64,000 bases of DNA. Origin: a virus. The DNA is taken from IMG/VR virus record IMGVR_UViG_3300045988_177920, positions 30,051-94,050 of that record; one strand, written 5' to 3'. A program made the translations under genes and the position numbers. Under the pieces are notes generated by a model that was given only the letters and a program-made list of their open reading frames with translations, had not been told where the DNA came from and did not search any database. This document shows positions 1-14,800 of the stretch, in pieces (the stretch's first letter is position 1; each line of letters begins with the position of its first letter).

Positions 1-3000
1 AAAAAAGCAAAGAAGGAGAATGAGAAAGCAAAGAAAAAGAAGAAAAAAGAAGAATTAGAACAAGCCGAATAGGAGAAACAATAGGAAAAACAAAATCTAA
101 AAACAGCTCGTACCTTTATCTATAATAAAATAATTACAAGTAGAAAGCTCAATGATTAGCAAAGAAAGGACCTTACAAAGGTATTTGATGAATCTCAAGT
201 AGGACATGAAACTGAGGAAAGCCTTTTATAGACATTAAGAAATCAAGCAAATAAACTTATTTCTGATAATGAAGAAGGTACTGCAGAAGCATCTAATGGG
301 CAGGCTATTCTAGATATTTTAGATTCTTATGATGATTATAAAGAATCTAGAAAAATCTAGGAAAAAGCTAATCAAAAAGAGGAAGTAAAAAAATCATTAG
401 CTAGAAGAGTTTTAGAGAAAATAAGTGGCAGTTTAAGACAAGCATAGATTGATACAATGTTGGATAAAGAGGAAGATGCCGTTGATATAAATAATAGAAG
501 ATGGCTAACTACTCAAGATGATTTTGTTGAAATCTCGAGATTGGCCAATTCCTCTACAATGGTGGGGCTGTCCATGGAAGAATATATTAATTCAGGAAAT
601 GCCTCTCCATCAATGCAACAATATTGGGAGGATAATGAGGTCACAAAATATCTATAGGAACATTCTGATGCTATTCATGGTAAGACTATATATTTCTATT
701 CTCCTAGTGCTATTACAGAGCGTAGAAAAAATAATATTGAAGAGCTGGATGCTCCATTAGTTGCTATTATTGAAGATGAAAATGGTAAAGTAGTACTTGA
801 AACAAAAGACGGTCCTAAACATTTTTAGCCTATAGCTATAATGCCAAGTTCTTTTAATTCTACATTAAGTGCTGCAAGAAATACTAAAATGAAGGTTGGA
901 AATTCCTATGGAATAGGAAGGTCTTTTTATATAAGAAGGAATATTAAAGGTACTGATCAAATTATATAGGATGAAAACGGTAAAAATATTACTAGTGTTA
1001 TTAAGAAAATTTCTTCAACAAGACGTGTAATATCTTTAGGCTCTAATTATACTCCTTCCTCAAATAGAGTTGTTAAAGAGTTATAGTTAAAAGATCCTAA
1101 GTTTGAAAATAAAACTATAAGAGAAATCATGAAAAGTCCCGAATATTTAAAGGCCAGACGTGATTTTATTGATAGTTATGTTAGAAAGTATCCTACAGGA
1201 GAGGAAACCACTGATTAGATAAAAGCTATGTAGGCCCGTTCATTTAGAAATGAAGGTGGGGTAGATGAAGGATTACATGATTTTACCAGAATAGATGAAG
1301 CTAGAAGCAAATATACTGATAAATCTCTGGCTGAAGTTGTTGAAGCAATATTAAATGATCCTGAAGCTAATTATGATCAGTTATATGCAGGATAGGATGC
1401 AGAAGATGGATTTAATAGTAGAGCCACCTATATAGGGAAAAGGATTCAAGAAACATTTAAAAATGTTTTTAAGTTCAACTCTTTATTAGGTATGAGTTAG
1501 ACTCAATAGCAAGAGAAACTTCAAGAATATGAGAAAGCACTTACTAGAGCATTTGTAAATGCAAATGGTATATTCTTTAATCCAACTTTATATTCTTTTA
1601 AAATTTTAGTATAGGAAGTTGGAGAAGGAGAAAATAAAAAAGCATAGGCTACAATCTTTCTTATAAATAACTCTAAACAACAAAGTAAAGTTTTAGCTAC
1701 AGTAGAAGAGGGTGAAATATCAGATAAAGATACTGCCAAATTAATGGCGAATTTCTTTTATAATGGAGGCTATTTAAACAGTGAAGGAAAGGAAGTAAAA
1801 ACTCCTGAAGGAACTGAAGCCAAACCATTAATTGAGGGAGTAAATTGGCAGTTAGATGATAAGGAATTAGCTCCTTTTGCAGCAGGATATACAGCAAAAG
1901 ATAAGAAAGAAATAGATCATGCTAGAAGTTATTTAGCACGTGCTTACGATGATGGCCTTTTAGGAGAAAGAGATAATAAGATTGAAGTTAATGTTTCTTC
2001 AGTATAGTTAATGGCTCCTGAGGGCAGTGATAAAATACAGCAAGATACTTCTATAAAAGTAACAAATAAAGATAATGCAGAATCTAATTCAACCAGTTCA
2101 AATGCAGCGTCTACAAAGAATGGTTTAGTAGATTCTGATACAGGAGCTTCATTGGATGGGCATAACTCTTAGTAGGAAGAAGCAAGATAGTTACGTGAAT
2201 AGCAAAAAGCATAGTAGGCTTTTGAAGCATTAAAAGAAGAGGCTAAAAATTGGGCACTTTCAGAGAGTCGAAAATTCTATGAAAGAAATGGTAGTAATCC
2301 ACATGCAAGAGTTACTTCAGTAATTGCAGCAGATAGGTTTGCTGAAAGAGATAAAGATGGTAAACCTAAAAGATTTGATGAAGAAAGTTCTTGGGCAATC
2401 CCTAGTTCAGCAGTTGGTAATGCTGTTGATGCATTTTTAAGAGATGTTTTTGAAGGAGTATATGATGGTTTATCCGAAACATAGCTTCAAGAAAAATTAT
2501 CTAAACTCCCAATTGCTCAATATTCAGAGTGGAGAAATCTGTATAATTATGTTTCAAATTTTAGGGATAATCTTATTAGAAATGGTTATCATTTTGAATC
2601 TATTGGCTTTACTGTAAATGGTATACTTCCTGTATATCAAAATGGTAAGCAGATAGGAACACTTCCTGTAGCAGGAACATTGGATTTAATAGCTTATGAT
2701 GCAGAAGGTAATATTATTATATTTGATTTTAAAACTCATCATAATTCTAATATATCAGAACTTAAAGGTAAATGGGCGAGACAAACTTCTGTATATAAAA
2801 CTTTAATACAACAGTTTTTAGAATCTAAAGGTATTTAGGCTAATTTTGCAAAAAATAGTTTAAAGATTTTCCATATACATTCTGACTATGATACTGCTAA
2901 AACTAATAGCTATAAGATAGCATAGAATGGTACTTTAATTTATAGACAAAATGAAAGTACTCCGTATACTGAATATAAATCTACTAGGTTTAAAGAGGCT

Positions 3001-3441
3001 GGGGAAATAAGTATAGCTGAAGTAGCTTCATCAATTTAGTTTGATGATTTATTAGAAGAAGAAAAGGCATTAGTTAAAAGAGATGATAATGAACCTCCAT
3101 CACCTCCATCACCTCCAAAAGGCCCTGAAAATAACGGTCCTGAAAATACCGGACCTCAAAATACCTCTAATACTGAAAATACAGAAGAAACACCAAAAAC
3201 AACTTCAAGTAGAAGAGGAAGAGGAATGGTTAAAAAACAAAGAGGAGGTTATGCAACTACAAATGCTTTAAATGACCATGTAAGTCTTGAAATAGGAACA
3301 TAGATTTCCGGTGAAGGAACTGAAAAAATGAAACAAGAAGCACAAGAAAAGCAAGAAAAGATAAAAAAACTTGGAATAAATGAAGAGGCGTTTTGTTAGT
3401 TAAGTAAGGCATCACAAGAACAATTAATGGGATGTGCATAA
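1..3441 (+). CDS. Large virion-associated protein, 5'-partial (>1146 codons), TAG read as sense; C-terminal PD-(D/E)XK nuclease-like domain
   Basis: Frame 1 is open from nt 1 to TAA 3439-3441 if TAG is read through. Every interruption I translated (841-2340, 3061-3441) is TAG, never TAA or TGA. Track ORFs 457-657 and 1744-2007 lie in this frame. GTLDLIAYD ... IIIFDFKT ... RQTSVYKTL (about 2671-2820) fits the D / (D/E)xK / QxxxY pattern of RecB/Cas4-type nucleases. Confidence 0.7.
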
Positions 3442-3442
3442 A

Positions 3443-3481
3443 TAATAAAGGCGAGAGTTATTAACCCTCGCCTTTACTTTT
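3443..3481. terminator. Bidirectional intrinsic terminator between convergent late genes
   Basis: GGCGAG (3450-3455) pairs with CTCGCC (3467-3472). The 5' flank is A-rich and the 3' flank is T-rich (TTTACTTTTTT). It lies between the stops at 3441 (+) and 3491 (-). Confidence 0.55.
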
Positions 3482-3490
3482 TTATAATTA

Positions 3491-6400
3491 TTATCTTAAA
3501 GTTGCAAACATATATGAATCATAAGCATCTGATGCATTATACATAGTATAGATAGAACGTAAAAATGGAGCTATCTTTATAAGTTTTTTTGTTAATTTAG
3601 CATCATATTTTTTATATGGCTATTCGCTTTTAGTATAAAAAACATCTCCATATAGATCATTTAAACCATCTAATTTAAAAATTCTATTCTCTAACATATA
3701 CTATAAAACTTCTAAATCATCTTTGAATATAGAGTTATAGACTTTACTAGGGTTATCTGTGAGATCAGATATTAAGTTTTCTATAACAGTTTGTTTACTA
3801 GGTTTATTTTTATCAAAACTGTTTATATGATCCTCAAGATGCTATTCAAATATCTATACTTGATCTCTCCAATGTCTCTAATCTCCCATCCAATCAAAAG
3901 TTCGAAGAGTAGTTCCTAGAATCTCACCAATCTATAATATCATAGCTGGAGCAATCATTCCACTTCCCACATTTTCCAGGCCTTTAAATTCTCTTCTAGT
4001 AGGTGAAGTTTTATCAAACCAAACAAATATATCATTAAAAGCACTATTATCATTAGCAACTCTTCCCAATAAATATTTTAAGCAAGCTCTTGTATCAATA
4101 GGTCTATCGTCATAATATTTATTTATACCCCTCATTTCATTAGAGCGAATCTTTTTAAGCCTTTCTACATTCTGTTTAGTTCCAAATCTTTCAAGAAGAG
4201 TTTTTTCACTACATAGTGTTCTTTTTTCAGGATGGTTTGAATCTTTTACTTCAGTAAATAGAAAGTCTGTTATTCTGACAAATTTTTTTCCTGATAGACC
4301 TTTAAAATTTGGTAATCTATTTTCATCATATGCTTCTCTTGCTTCTTTAATTGCTTCTTTTAAACGCTTGTTTTTTATCACATCATTATTTAAAAAGTTC
4401 CAAGGATTACTATAAGTTAAATCATAATAAGGATCGTCTTCCGGCGGCTATTGTAAGCAACCAACTATTGAATTAAGAATAACTGCTACGGTATAATCAC
4501 CAATAGTTCTTTTTATATTAGAGTATGCTTTCTTACAAAATCCTTCTTTAATAAGCATATTAGTTCCTAATTCCTATAGGTAATTTTTATCAGTAACATG
4601 TGTCTTATATAAAAGAGAGCTAATATATCCTCCTCCATATACATCTAGCATTCCTAAAATAGTGGCACCTATAAATTTAAAGAAGGTTCTAGGACTAGTT
4701 ATAAAAGATGTTATTCCTTTAAATGAAGTAACTAAACTTCCTTCAACAACACCTCCAAATCCATCTTCACTCTTTTCATATATATTAAAACTGCTATCTG
4801 TAAAGCGTCTATGTACTAAACCAAAAACATATCCTTTCATATGTGCCCACAAAGCACCCCAGACAGTTTGTTGAAAGGCATTTGCACTATCAGCATCATA
4901 CATACCATGCATATTATTAAGTACACTACGCATATATGTTTTAAATTGAGCAATATCATTTATCCCCCATTTTAACTATTCCATAGTAAAGTTGGTATAT
5001 TTAAGGAGCTCTTCTGCTTGTTTTCTTGTAAGCTCCACTGTATATTTTCCACGTATTGGAGATTCTTGTATATCTAATTTACGTAAAAAATCACCGCTAT
5101 GTTCTCGTATCAATGCCAACTGGTCGTCAGAAATAGTAAAATATGTAGTTCCTGTAAGGTCAGATTTTAGATAATCAGTTATATCAGATTTAAGATCATT
5201 TACTTTATTATAATTATCTGCATCCTACTAATTTCTAAAGTAAGGTTCATCAGTCATATTTATTGTATTAACACTATCACCCACTTTATAAGATGCCTTT
5301 TTAATAGTCCATTTAAACAAACTTAATTTATCACCATTTACATCATATATAAAGTTATTACGAAGCATTGCTATTGCAGGTATCATATTCATAGCAAAAT
5401 TACCTACTGCCATTCCTGCATATAAAGATTTCATTATTAAAGTATCAACAGAAGGAATATTCTATGTATTCCATTTTTTAGCTTCTTCCTCAGCAGTTGT
5501 GGATATTTCCCAAAATCTATTCAATAGATGTAACTATGTGCTATTAAATTTCGTGGAGGACGCAGCATTTAATACAGGTATACTTAACCCTACAGACGCA
5601 GCAGTATTACTAATATTCATTGTACTAAATATTCCTAAAGCCTCTAATAAATCTATCTAAGTGAAGTTTTCATGTGCTCCAGCTTCTTTAGCCATTTCAA
5701 CTAGACCGTCAGATAAACTCACTGCAGCAACAGCCAGATTGCCTCCAAGTGCTGCTATACCTGTAATTTTATTTACACTATGTAAAGCGTTCTAAATGGT
5801 TTTTGTTCCACCTCCAAATAATGCATTCATTACTTTATTTTTAAACACTTTAGTATCTTTTACTACAATTCTAGTTAAAAATGGATGTTGATATACTTGT
5901 CTATCTAAGAATGAGGCAAATCTTTTATAAAATCTAGGAGTTTGCATATGTTCTTCTAAATCTTCATTTTTTATACCTGTTCCGGTATTGCGTTCCTAAA
6001 CTAAATAATCTAATTTAGGATTTATTTTTTCTTTATCATAATTAGCATCCCGTCTTATTATAAGCTTAGCTCCATTTATAATAGACTGTGTAAACCCCCC
6101 AATTTTCCTCTTTTTTAGTACTCCTCGACCTATTTCTAAAGCATGTATAATCTTTTCTTTTGCAGCATATTTATAGGCCATATTTCCATACATAGCAAGA
6201 CCATTCCAAATATCTGTAGAAAATTGGGTATAATTCTTTACCTTTTTTACTCCATATATAGGAAGTCTGTCAAGTTTCATATAATCATCATAGTATGGAT
6301 TTTTTACTATTTGAATATCACTATCTGTAGCATGCATATCACTTCCAAAATCCCCTTCAGTTGCATTCATTACAAAAGCTGCACCACAAGCATTTAATCC

Positions 6401-8830
6401 TGCTAAAATTGCTTTTCCACCTTTTTTAAAAATATTATCATTTCCAATAAAGGCATTACCCATTCTATGGAATAAGCTGGTTTTAAATTGAGGGGCTCTA
6501 TAAGAGACAGTACTTCCACTAGGGAGGTTTTTATCTATTTCTCTTTTTAATTGTTTAATTTCAAACAATAACTATTCTTTTTCAGACAATTCTCCCTCAT
6601 ATCCTTTTGAAATTATTTTTGTATACAAGGCATTATAATCTAATTCTTTAGTATACCCGAATTTTTCTAGATATGCTTTATTAATATATTCATCTTTTAA
6701 AATCCAAATTTGTTTACCACCAGGTAATTCTTTATGATAATGTGTTTTCTTTAAAAACTCACGTCTTGCACTTGCAAATTCTACAGAAAACTTTATAGCT
6801 AAGTCTCTTTCATCATAATAATCCTTATACTTCTCTTTAAACTTTTTTTGAAATTCTAATTTCATGGATTGGTATTCTCTTTCATATTTACCATAATCAT
6901 ATATATCTAGAAAATTCCCGGTATAATGCCCCTATTCATCTTTTTCATAAAATTCATCATTACGCATACCAATGGAATCAGCACGCTTTTTTAATGCTCT
7001 AAGCTAGTCGTGTAATTGTATGGTTTTAATTGCAGCCTGTGTTTCAGCGGCTTTATATGCCTTATACACAATCTAGTTTAAAACATCTGAAGAATTATAC
7101 ATAGCTCCTATCCACTATCCGAAATAAGTACCATCTTCACTAATTGCTTCTAAAAGCTATGAAATTTTAACATCCTATTCAGGAACAACAACTTGTTTAG
7201 CTCCTTTAAATATTCTCTACTAGGCCATATGTATATAATCTTTTCCATAAAGCCCCTCTAAAAACTTACAATAATAGTCTCTTGCAATGCCGTGAATGTA
7301 TCTCTCCAAATTTATTTTTGAATTTTCTTTAGCTGTACTATAACCAACCAATTCCGCTAAATTATCATATAATGTACTTAGTTGTTGTGTGTATTTATTA
7401 CCTTCTTCATCATAAGCTACACGTTCTTTATATTCAGATCTTTTGTTTCTATCTCCTATAAAGTTTTTCAAAATAACCATACACTCTAAGATTGCTTTTA
7501 CAGTATCTCTATACTATCTAATTGTTTGACCATCTTGAGTAAAATTATTCCAATAATCTGTGTTGTTTTCCATATGTGCTTTTACAACAGAAAGATTTCT
7601 CCTAATAGGTTCTACTTGAACAATTAATCTTTCAATAAGAGTAAACAAGCCATTAACCGCCTATTTACGCATAATCATATCAATATTAGAGTAATCTTTA
7701 GACCCCTATACAACAATACTTTTTATTGCCTCAGCAGCTTCAGCATTATATGTAGAAAGTAAATCAGACAGTCCCATCAAAGAATTTCTAACACCCTCAA
7801 AAGCTTGTGCTACCGCATGTTTTTCTATATCATAAAATGTTTCTTTGGTCTCCAATGCCTGTTCAACAGTTCCTTCAAAATCTTCATCATTTAAAAAGCT
7901 TTCAGCAATTTTATTTGCGCTATTTAGAGCTTCTGTTTTTAATGCTAAGACTTCATTAAAAGTAATTTTTGCAAATATTCGTTTAGCTACATATGCGATT
8001 CTATTTGCTAATTTATCCCAAGCTGTATTACTGCTAAGCTTATTTATAAGTGCTTGTCCTACTAAATATCCAGCAGTTTCTCTTCTTGGCTATGCTCCTA
8101 AATTTTTATTTTCTAATTCGTCTCCAAAAATTCTATTAATAACGTCTGAATTTAATAACTATTCTAATCGTTGTACTAATCTAGATTCGCCCAAAGAACC
8201 TATAATAAAGTGCCCGGCTTCTTCTGCTAACACTCCTCCAACATTTTTACCGTCTCTAATGGCAATTAAAGCCTACAGACCATTTACAACTCTATCAGAT
8301 TCTAATGTACTGTATCTTCCTTCAAATTGTGAGTGATCTACAAATTCATATGTTACTCCATGCTGATTAAGTTTAGCCTAAAGTTTTTCAGCAAGAGTTC
8401 CGCTTTTAAGCTGTTTATATAAATCCTTTGTAGTTTTATCTGTTTTCTCAGTTATAAATAACCGCACTTTCCCCCCTTCTGTTCTTTGAATTGTTGCAAG
8501 GTATTTATCATTATAATTAGAGTTTTTATTAAAGTTAAATAACTTTTCACAAGCCTCTTTATATGTCATTTCTCCTGCACCTATCTAATTATTAAGGGTC
8601 TCCTTTATCTTTTCATTATATTCTGTTGTATTAGCAGCTTTTAACAAGGAGGAGAATGTTGGTTCCCCCTCCTCGTTTAAAACTATTTCATTAGCAGAAG
8701 CCTCTAAAAATCTACTATCATGAGCAACATTATACCAATATTTTATAAGTTCTCTATTTTCTTTACCCACAACAGCTTCTATTTCATCCCATAGTTGGTG
8801 CTTATCAGGTTTAAGTATACAAAATCCCAT
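3491..8830 (-). CDS. Giant virion (possibly ejected cargo) protein, about 1779 codons, TAG read as sense
   Basis: Eight track ORFs (3932-4381 through 8585-8839) share one minus frame (end coordinate mod 3 = 1). ATG is at 8830 and TAA at 3491-3493. The start lies 2 nt after the stop of the upstream giant gene. The translated text is protein-like across the TAG positions. Confidence 0.7.
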
Positions 8831-8832
8831 AA

Positions 8833-11800
8833 TTAACAAAGTTTTTTACTAATAGTGCCATCCTCATTTACTTCATAGCACTCTTTTTTATTTTTAATAT
8901 CATTTAAAATTTTACGTTTACCTTCTTCACTAGAAGTTTCATAAAAATCTCTAAGCTAATCATCCATTCTATCTATAATGGATTTTTCATATAAAGAATT
9001 ATAAGAAACAGGTTTAATAATATCAGAATCATCAAATTGTCCAATTAAATCAGAATTTTGAATTAATTGTTCACCTTGTTTTAAGGTTCCTTTATCTACT
9101 CTATCTTCACTAAATCCTGCTTTCTAAGGAATACTTCTTATATATGTCATTGGAATACTTGGGTCATCGGTTTTATTAAATCCCTAATTACTACCGCTAT
9201 CACAGATATATAAATAATCAATTTCATCTATATTTATTGTAAATGCCGGAACATAGCCTTTATCTTGAGATATAAAGAGCGGATTATTTACTTCTTCATT
9301 ATTAACAATTAATGAAGTATTAACCTATATTTCTTTCTATGCATAACCGGTATTACCTTTAATTATTCGTTTTATTGCATTATAGTTATTATCATTTTCA
9401 TATATCTATTTTACAAATCTCCTATTATCGCTATGTCGCAATATATAGAACTACGCTATATTATCCTTTGTTTGCTATAATCCGATCTTATCAAAATTAT
9501 CATTCATCATACTATAAAGCCAATCTCTATATGATTGCCTGTTTCCAGTAGCTTTATTTATAGTCATTGTTAGATTTGCAGTTATAATCTAAGGTAAATA
9601 AGGAGTAAAACTTTTTGGACCAAAGCCTCTTTCATTCTAAAAATAATCATACATATAAAGATCTTCAATAAACCATCTGGTATTTTCATCTTTATATAGA
9701 TTTTCAAATAATGCTATTATGTCTTTTTTATCAAAATCTAAATTTGCGGAGCCTTTAAGACCAATACTATACCAATGTCTTGTTAATCCCATTGCAGTTG
9801 TTTCAGAGTGGGGTTCTATTGATATTAAACCATTTTCTTTTAGCAGCTTAAGGGTCTATATTATAGGCTCCTAATTATATTCATAATCTGAAGTATTTAA
9901 AATTATATCAGGAAATTCATATTTATAATAGTATTCCTAGGACATTATCTGTCCATTTCTTTCTATAAGAGTGTCTTTGTTAAATCTACTCTATGGAATA
10001 TTTTCCATCATATATACCATTATGTCTTTAAGTATACCATTAACCGTATCCTCATCCATAGCATAATTAGCCATATCTGCCAGATTCTATATAACACCTT
10101 CATATAAATTATTTTTATATGGAAAGTATTTACACATTTTATTTAACGACTTCCTATTCATATCAAACATTGCCTATTCATAAGCAAATGGACTAAAATC
10201 TATAGAACGTAGATAACTCCAGTTATCTGTATTTATATCAGACATACCAATAAAATAATTTGAATCTTCTGATGAATCAGTAATAACCATAGTGGTTTTA
10301 TTTTTTTTCTTCTTTTGTCTAATAGCTAAATCATCTAAGTATCTTTTAACTCTATACTGCTATGCAATCATACTACCAAAAGATACTGCAACAGCATTAC
10401 TTGCTGTAAATTTAGTATTAGTAACAAACTCAGAAACCTCTCTAGTAACATCTAAAATTTCCTAAAATAACTTTAATACAGATAGTTGCCCAATAATAAA
10501 ATCTGCCTGTTCAGATTTATTTCCAGCAATTGTTCTAGTATCTATGTTATTTGAGTTTTTAGCACTGTTTATAACAATATTAGTAGCCAGTCTATTAGCA
10601 TTTAAGTACTGAGATTCTTTTCCTGTAGCTCTAAACCCACTAAATCTTTTGTCATTTAAAAGGTAATTTAATGCACTGGAAGTAGTTCTTCCCTCATTTG
10701 CAGAAATTTGGCAAAGTTCCTTTATTATAGGCTAATTTAATAATAATCCTATTTCTGTAGTAGAATAACCTAATCTTGCTAATACTGCAGCTGCATCTGC
10801 AGTAGTTTCATTAAGATTCAAATAATTTAATACCGGATCTTTTACAGCATCTACAGATGCAGCGAGCAACTCAGCGCAAGTTTTTTTAGCATTAGGAGAG
10901 TGGATTAAATCTTTAAGTCCATCCATGTGATTACCGAAAGCAATGGGGCTATTAAGCTCATATTTATGTAACATTGAGGATATGGCATAGTTAACATTTT
11001 GGTTTGCAAATATACCAATCAGTTTACTAGCTACCTAATTTTGTTCATTATAGATTAATTCTGTTAAAGGATCTGTATAATCATAATTAGGTTTTGGATC
11101 AGGTGTATTATCAACACTTTCCTCTATTTTTCTAAAATTTAACTCGCGTTCATCAACAACATAATCATCAAAAGACTTCTAAGATAAAGTTAATATACGC
11201 ATTATTTTAGCAGATCTTTTTGCTCCATTAAATTCACCAGGTTGAAATCTTTCATTAAGAGTTTCAGGGTCTTCAAGTCGTCGCATAATAAGATCCATAA
11301 GCATATTATTTCTTGCGACTCTATTATTACCCTTCATAAATTTACCATTTTCATCATAACTATCCATAACTCTTTGATTAGAATTATAACGATAATTCTA
11401 TTTACGTACTATTTTTACCTATTTCTCTAATGGTGCAATCTCTCCTTGATTTATTAAATCAGATAATGCATTACTAAAGATTTCATTCTTATCATAATTG
11501 CTCTTTAAATAATCATTTTCACCCCAATAAGAATTTAATGACTTTTTATGTATCTTTTCTTTATTTGCAGGATTTTCTTCCCACTATTTTTTTGTCTGCT
11601 CCAGATGGGTTTTAATTGAAGGATTATCCTTATAAATTTTAGCCCATACTGCATTCTTTTCTTCTTCAGATAGATTTTCATCTTCACTTTCATAATACTA
11701 TGTAAATGCGAATTGTTTACGCATTAAGTATAGTTTGTCAATATCAAAGTCAAATCCTGCTGTTGTAGTGCCTTGAGCAGGAACTCTGATAACACCGCCT

Positions 11801-14800
11801 TGTGTTGGCAGTGAACACCTCTTAACTCTAAGGCGCATCATAGAATATTGAGACTCTGTTGGAATTCTATAAGATACAATATCAAGTATTCCAGGGTAAT
11901 CCCTTTCTATTAAAGTTTCTTCTACATCAATACCTCCTATATTAATTGTGCTACCAGGCACTGTTTTAAAAGTGCCATCAGGATTACAATAGTCATTAAA
12001 ATCTAACTAATGTTCCCTTCCAGACTAATCAGTCCACTTAAAATCAAACGGTATTTCACAATCTCCATAGACAATATTACCATTCTCTCCTTCTCCAACA
12101 GTGTGCCATTGTAGCCCGCCATAGTCTTTAGAATCTTCTTCAATCTTAGTTATTCCCCAAGCAGATGCTTGAACCAAAGCTCCGCCCTATATCTTCTGTT
12201 TATTAACCATTTTCTTAAATAAAGAAATAAGGGCTTGTGAAGTATTATGTTCTATACCTAATTCATATAAAGGAACTAAAAATTGGCCATCACCTGTAAG
12301 ACAATAAGCTATTATATTAGCTTCATTTTCTCTACTATTAGCTATAACATTTTGAATTAAGGCTTTACTTACCTTATCCATAGAATCTATAGCTTTCTCA
12401 AAATCCTGATAGCTTTCTATAATGTTAGCGACTATTAACTAGTTGTAAAATTGAATAAGCCTATTGCCGTTTAAATCAACTTTTCCATTTCCTAAATTAA
12501 CAGTAAGATCTTTAGAAACACCCCTCAAATAACTACTATAATCGCCTGATTTATCAATTCCTGTCATTATAATCTTTCTAATCTATGTACCAAATAAATT
12601 AGAAGCATTTATATGTGCAGGAACATTAGTTTGTATTCTATAGTCTTTATAATCTAACTCATGTATATAAGCTCCTGTACCATTATTTTTAGTATTATAT
12701 ATGATATCTTTAATACTCTATGAGTCTATTTTAATTAATCCCCCTTCACCATACTTTTTAATATAAGCTCTTTGCTAAGATCTAGTTACATTTTCAGAAT
12801 CAACAATGTTACCATTCTTATCCAGTCCCTATATAACTTCTCCACTCTAATCAACGAATAATCCATTTTTATTTGTTTGAAAATCTAAAGCTATAGAGCC
12901 AAATGATCCCACTTTTACACATTTAGTAGAACAAGCAACATCTATATCATTTTCTTCCATAGCTTCTCCTAAGGCGCGAAGGTTAGAGCCGGGAACACAA
13001 AGTTCAGGAATAATAATAACTTCTGCATATTTATGCTATACAGGAACTTTAAGAACATGCTCATTACTAACACCAACTTCTTCTATTGTATATAAATAAG
13101 GTTTTAAGGGCTAAAAAACAACATAAAGCTGAGAAAGTCTTGTTATTTCTTTCTCTGTAAGCTCTTGTCTATTCTCCTTTTTCATTCTTGATCTAATGCT
13201 TTGAATTTCATCATATACATTTTCTAAGTAGTTATTCCATTTACCTGCAGCAGTCATTACTTTTCTATAGCTTTCTAAAGTTCTATAGCCCTGGCCATCA
13301 GTCAAAGTATTATTTTTATAAGCCTTTACAACATTAGAATTTTCTCCAAATCTTGCTTTAATTATATCCATGAAAGTAGCAGTACCATGATATTTTCCAA
13401 CATCATCTGCAGAGATGCTTAAGTCATCAAAATATATAGCATGTTCTTTCCCATCTCCCAATATAAAAGACTGCTATTTTTGATCAAAAGCTTCTTCATC
13501 AAGTTTTGTTCCAGGAGCATGTAATTCCTTATAACGTTTTTGGAGATCTTCCGTATTTTTATAAAATCCGACATCAATAGTAAGCATCTATAACTAACAA
13601 ACAGTTGCCAACTTATAATTGATATAAAATTCTTTTAGTCGATCTTTTAATATACTTTCAATATCTCCCTTATTATTATCCTTAGCTGTTTTAATTTCTT
13701 CCTTTGTTAAAAAGTTTTTTAGATAAGTAGGATTGTTTTCGTCATTTAAATCAAGTAAATGATCATTACCAAGCTGTCTATAAAATGCCTCAAAATCATT
13801 ATCAATAGACTATCTTATACAAGTTTCTATGTAAACATCGTCTGCTAATTCCTCTATAATTCCCGCTTCCTTATTTGCCTTTTTATATATATGAACTTCT
13901 GTACCATTTTCAGTTTGTTCTTTCTTTAAAATTAAAAAGTCATTTAAAAAAGGTAAAGCTGTAAATTTTAGTTGATCATTTTCATCCTCAAAAGTTTCAA
14001 GTCTTTCCCAGCTATTTGCAGAGCATGTTTGGTTCATTTCTAATGCTAATTTAGCCCTTTCAACTTCTGATTTTGCTAATCCAACCAATTCCTTTATTGC
14101 TGTGTTTTTAGAGTAATATTTAGCAGTTATATTTTTGCATACTCCACTGTCTCCTAAGATAAATAATGGATAATTTGCATAATTTTTTCCTACACCCTTT
14201 TCTCCGGCAATTAATCTTGGGCTTAAAAATAATTCTAACATTGACCAAGCATGCCTTTTTCTAGTATAATTTTCAAATCGTCTTGCTCCTGTATTTTTAG
14301 AATCTCCTAACAATCTAAATGTTCCAAACTATTCTGCAAAACTTCCCGGTTTAGAAAGATCAGATTCATATAATTCTCTTAACCAAGTATTTCGTATTAT
14401 CCATTTACTTCCATCCTCACTTCTTGTCGCAAACATAGGACAGTTATTAAAGTATTTATCTTCGATGTATAACCTAAGCCCTTCAGTATCTTTTTCTTCT
14501 ACAAATTCTTGAATTTTCTCAACAAGATCTCCAAGATATGAGGGAAGAACATCACTTGAAAGCATTGTGTTCTTACCTTTTTTATCTACGTAAGGAACTC
14601 TTACTTCCTACGTTTTATCCAGAGCGGCTAAAATATCAGCAAGCTTATCAATAGCTTCTTCTACTACACCTTTATCACTTATAGATTTTGGAGGCTTTAT
14701 ACTTAAAAAAGAAGCTATTGATAATTGTCCTCCAGAATTTATTATTTGATCTATAAGACTTTTGTGATTTAGTGAATATTTATATAAATTCTACATTGCA

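Noticed and set aside
3083-3439. Track ORFs 3083-3271 (+, frame 2) and 3257-3439 (-).
   Set aside because: They lie inside the frame-1 recoded gene that ends at 3441. Their repetitive His/Leu/Lys text comes from the low-complexity linker.
7845-8336. Plus-strand track ORFs antisense to the giant genes (also 4662-4874, 6143-6397, 14840-15226, 15866-16087).
   Set aside because: These are shadow ORFs opposite long coding frames. They are low-complexity (Ser/Leu/Phe-rich) and have no start context.
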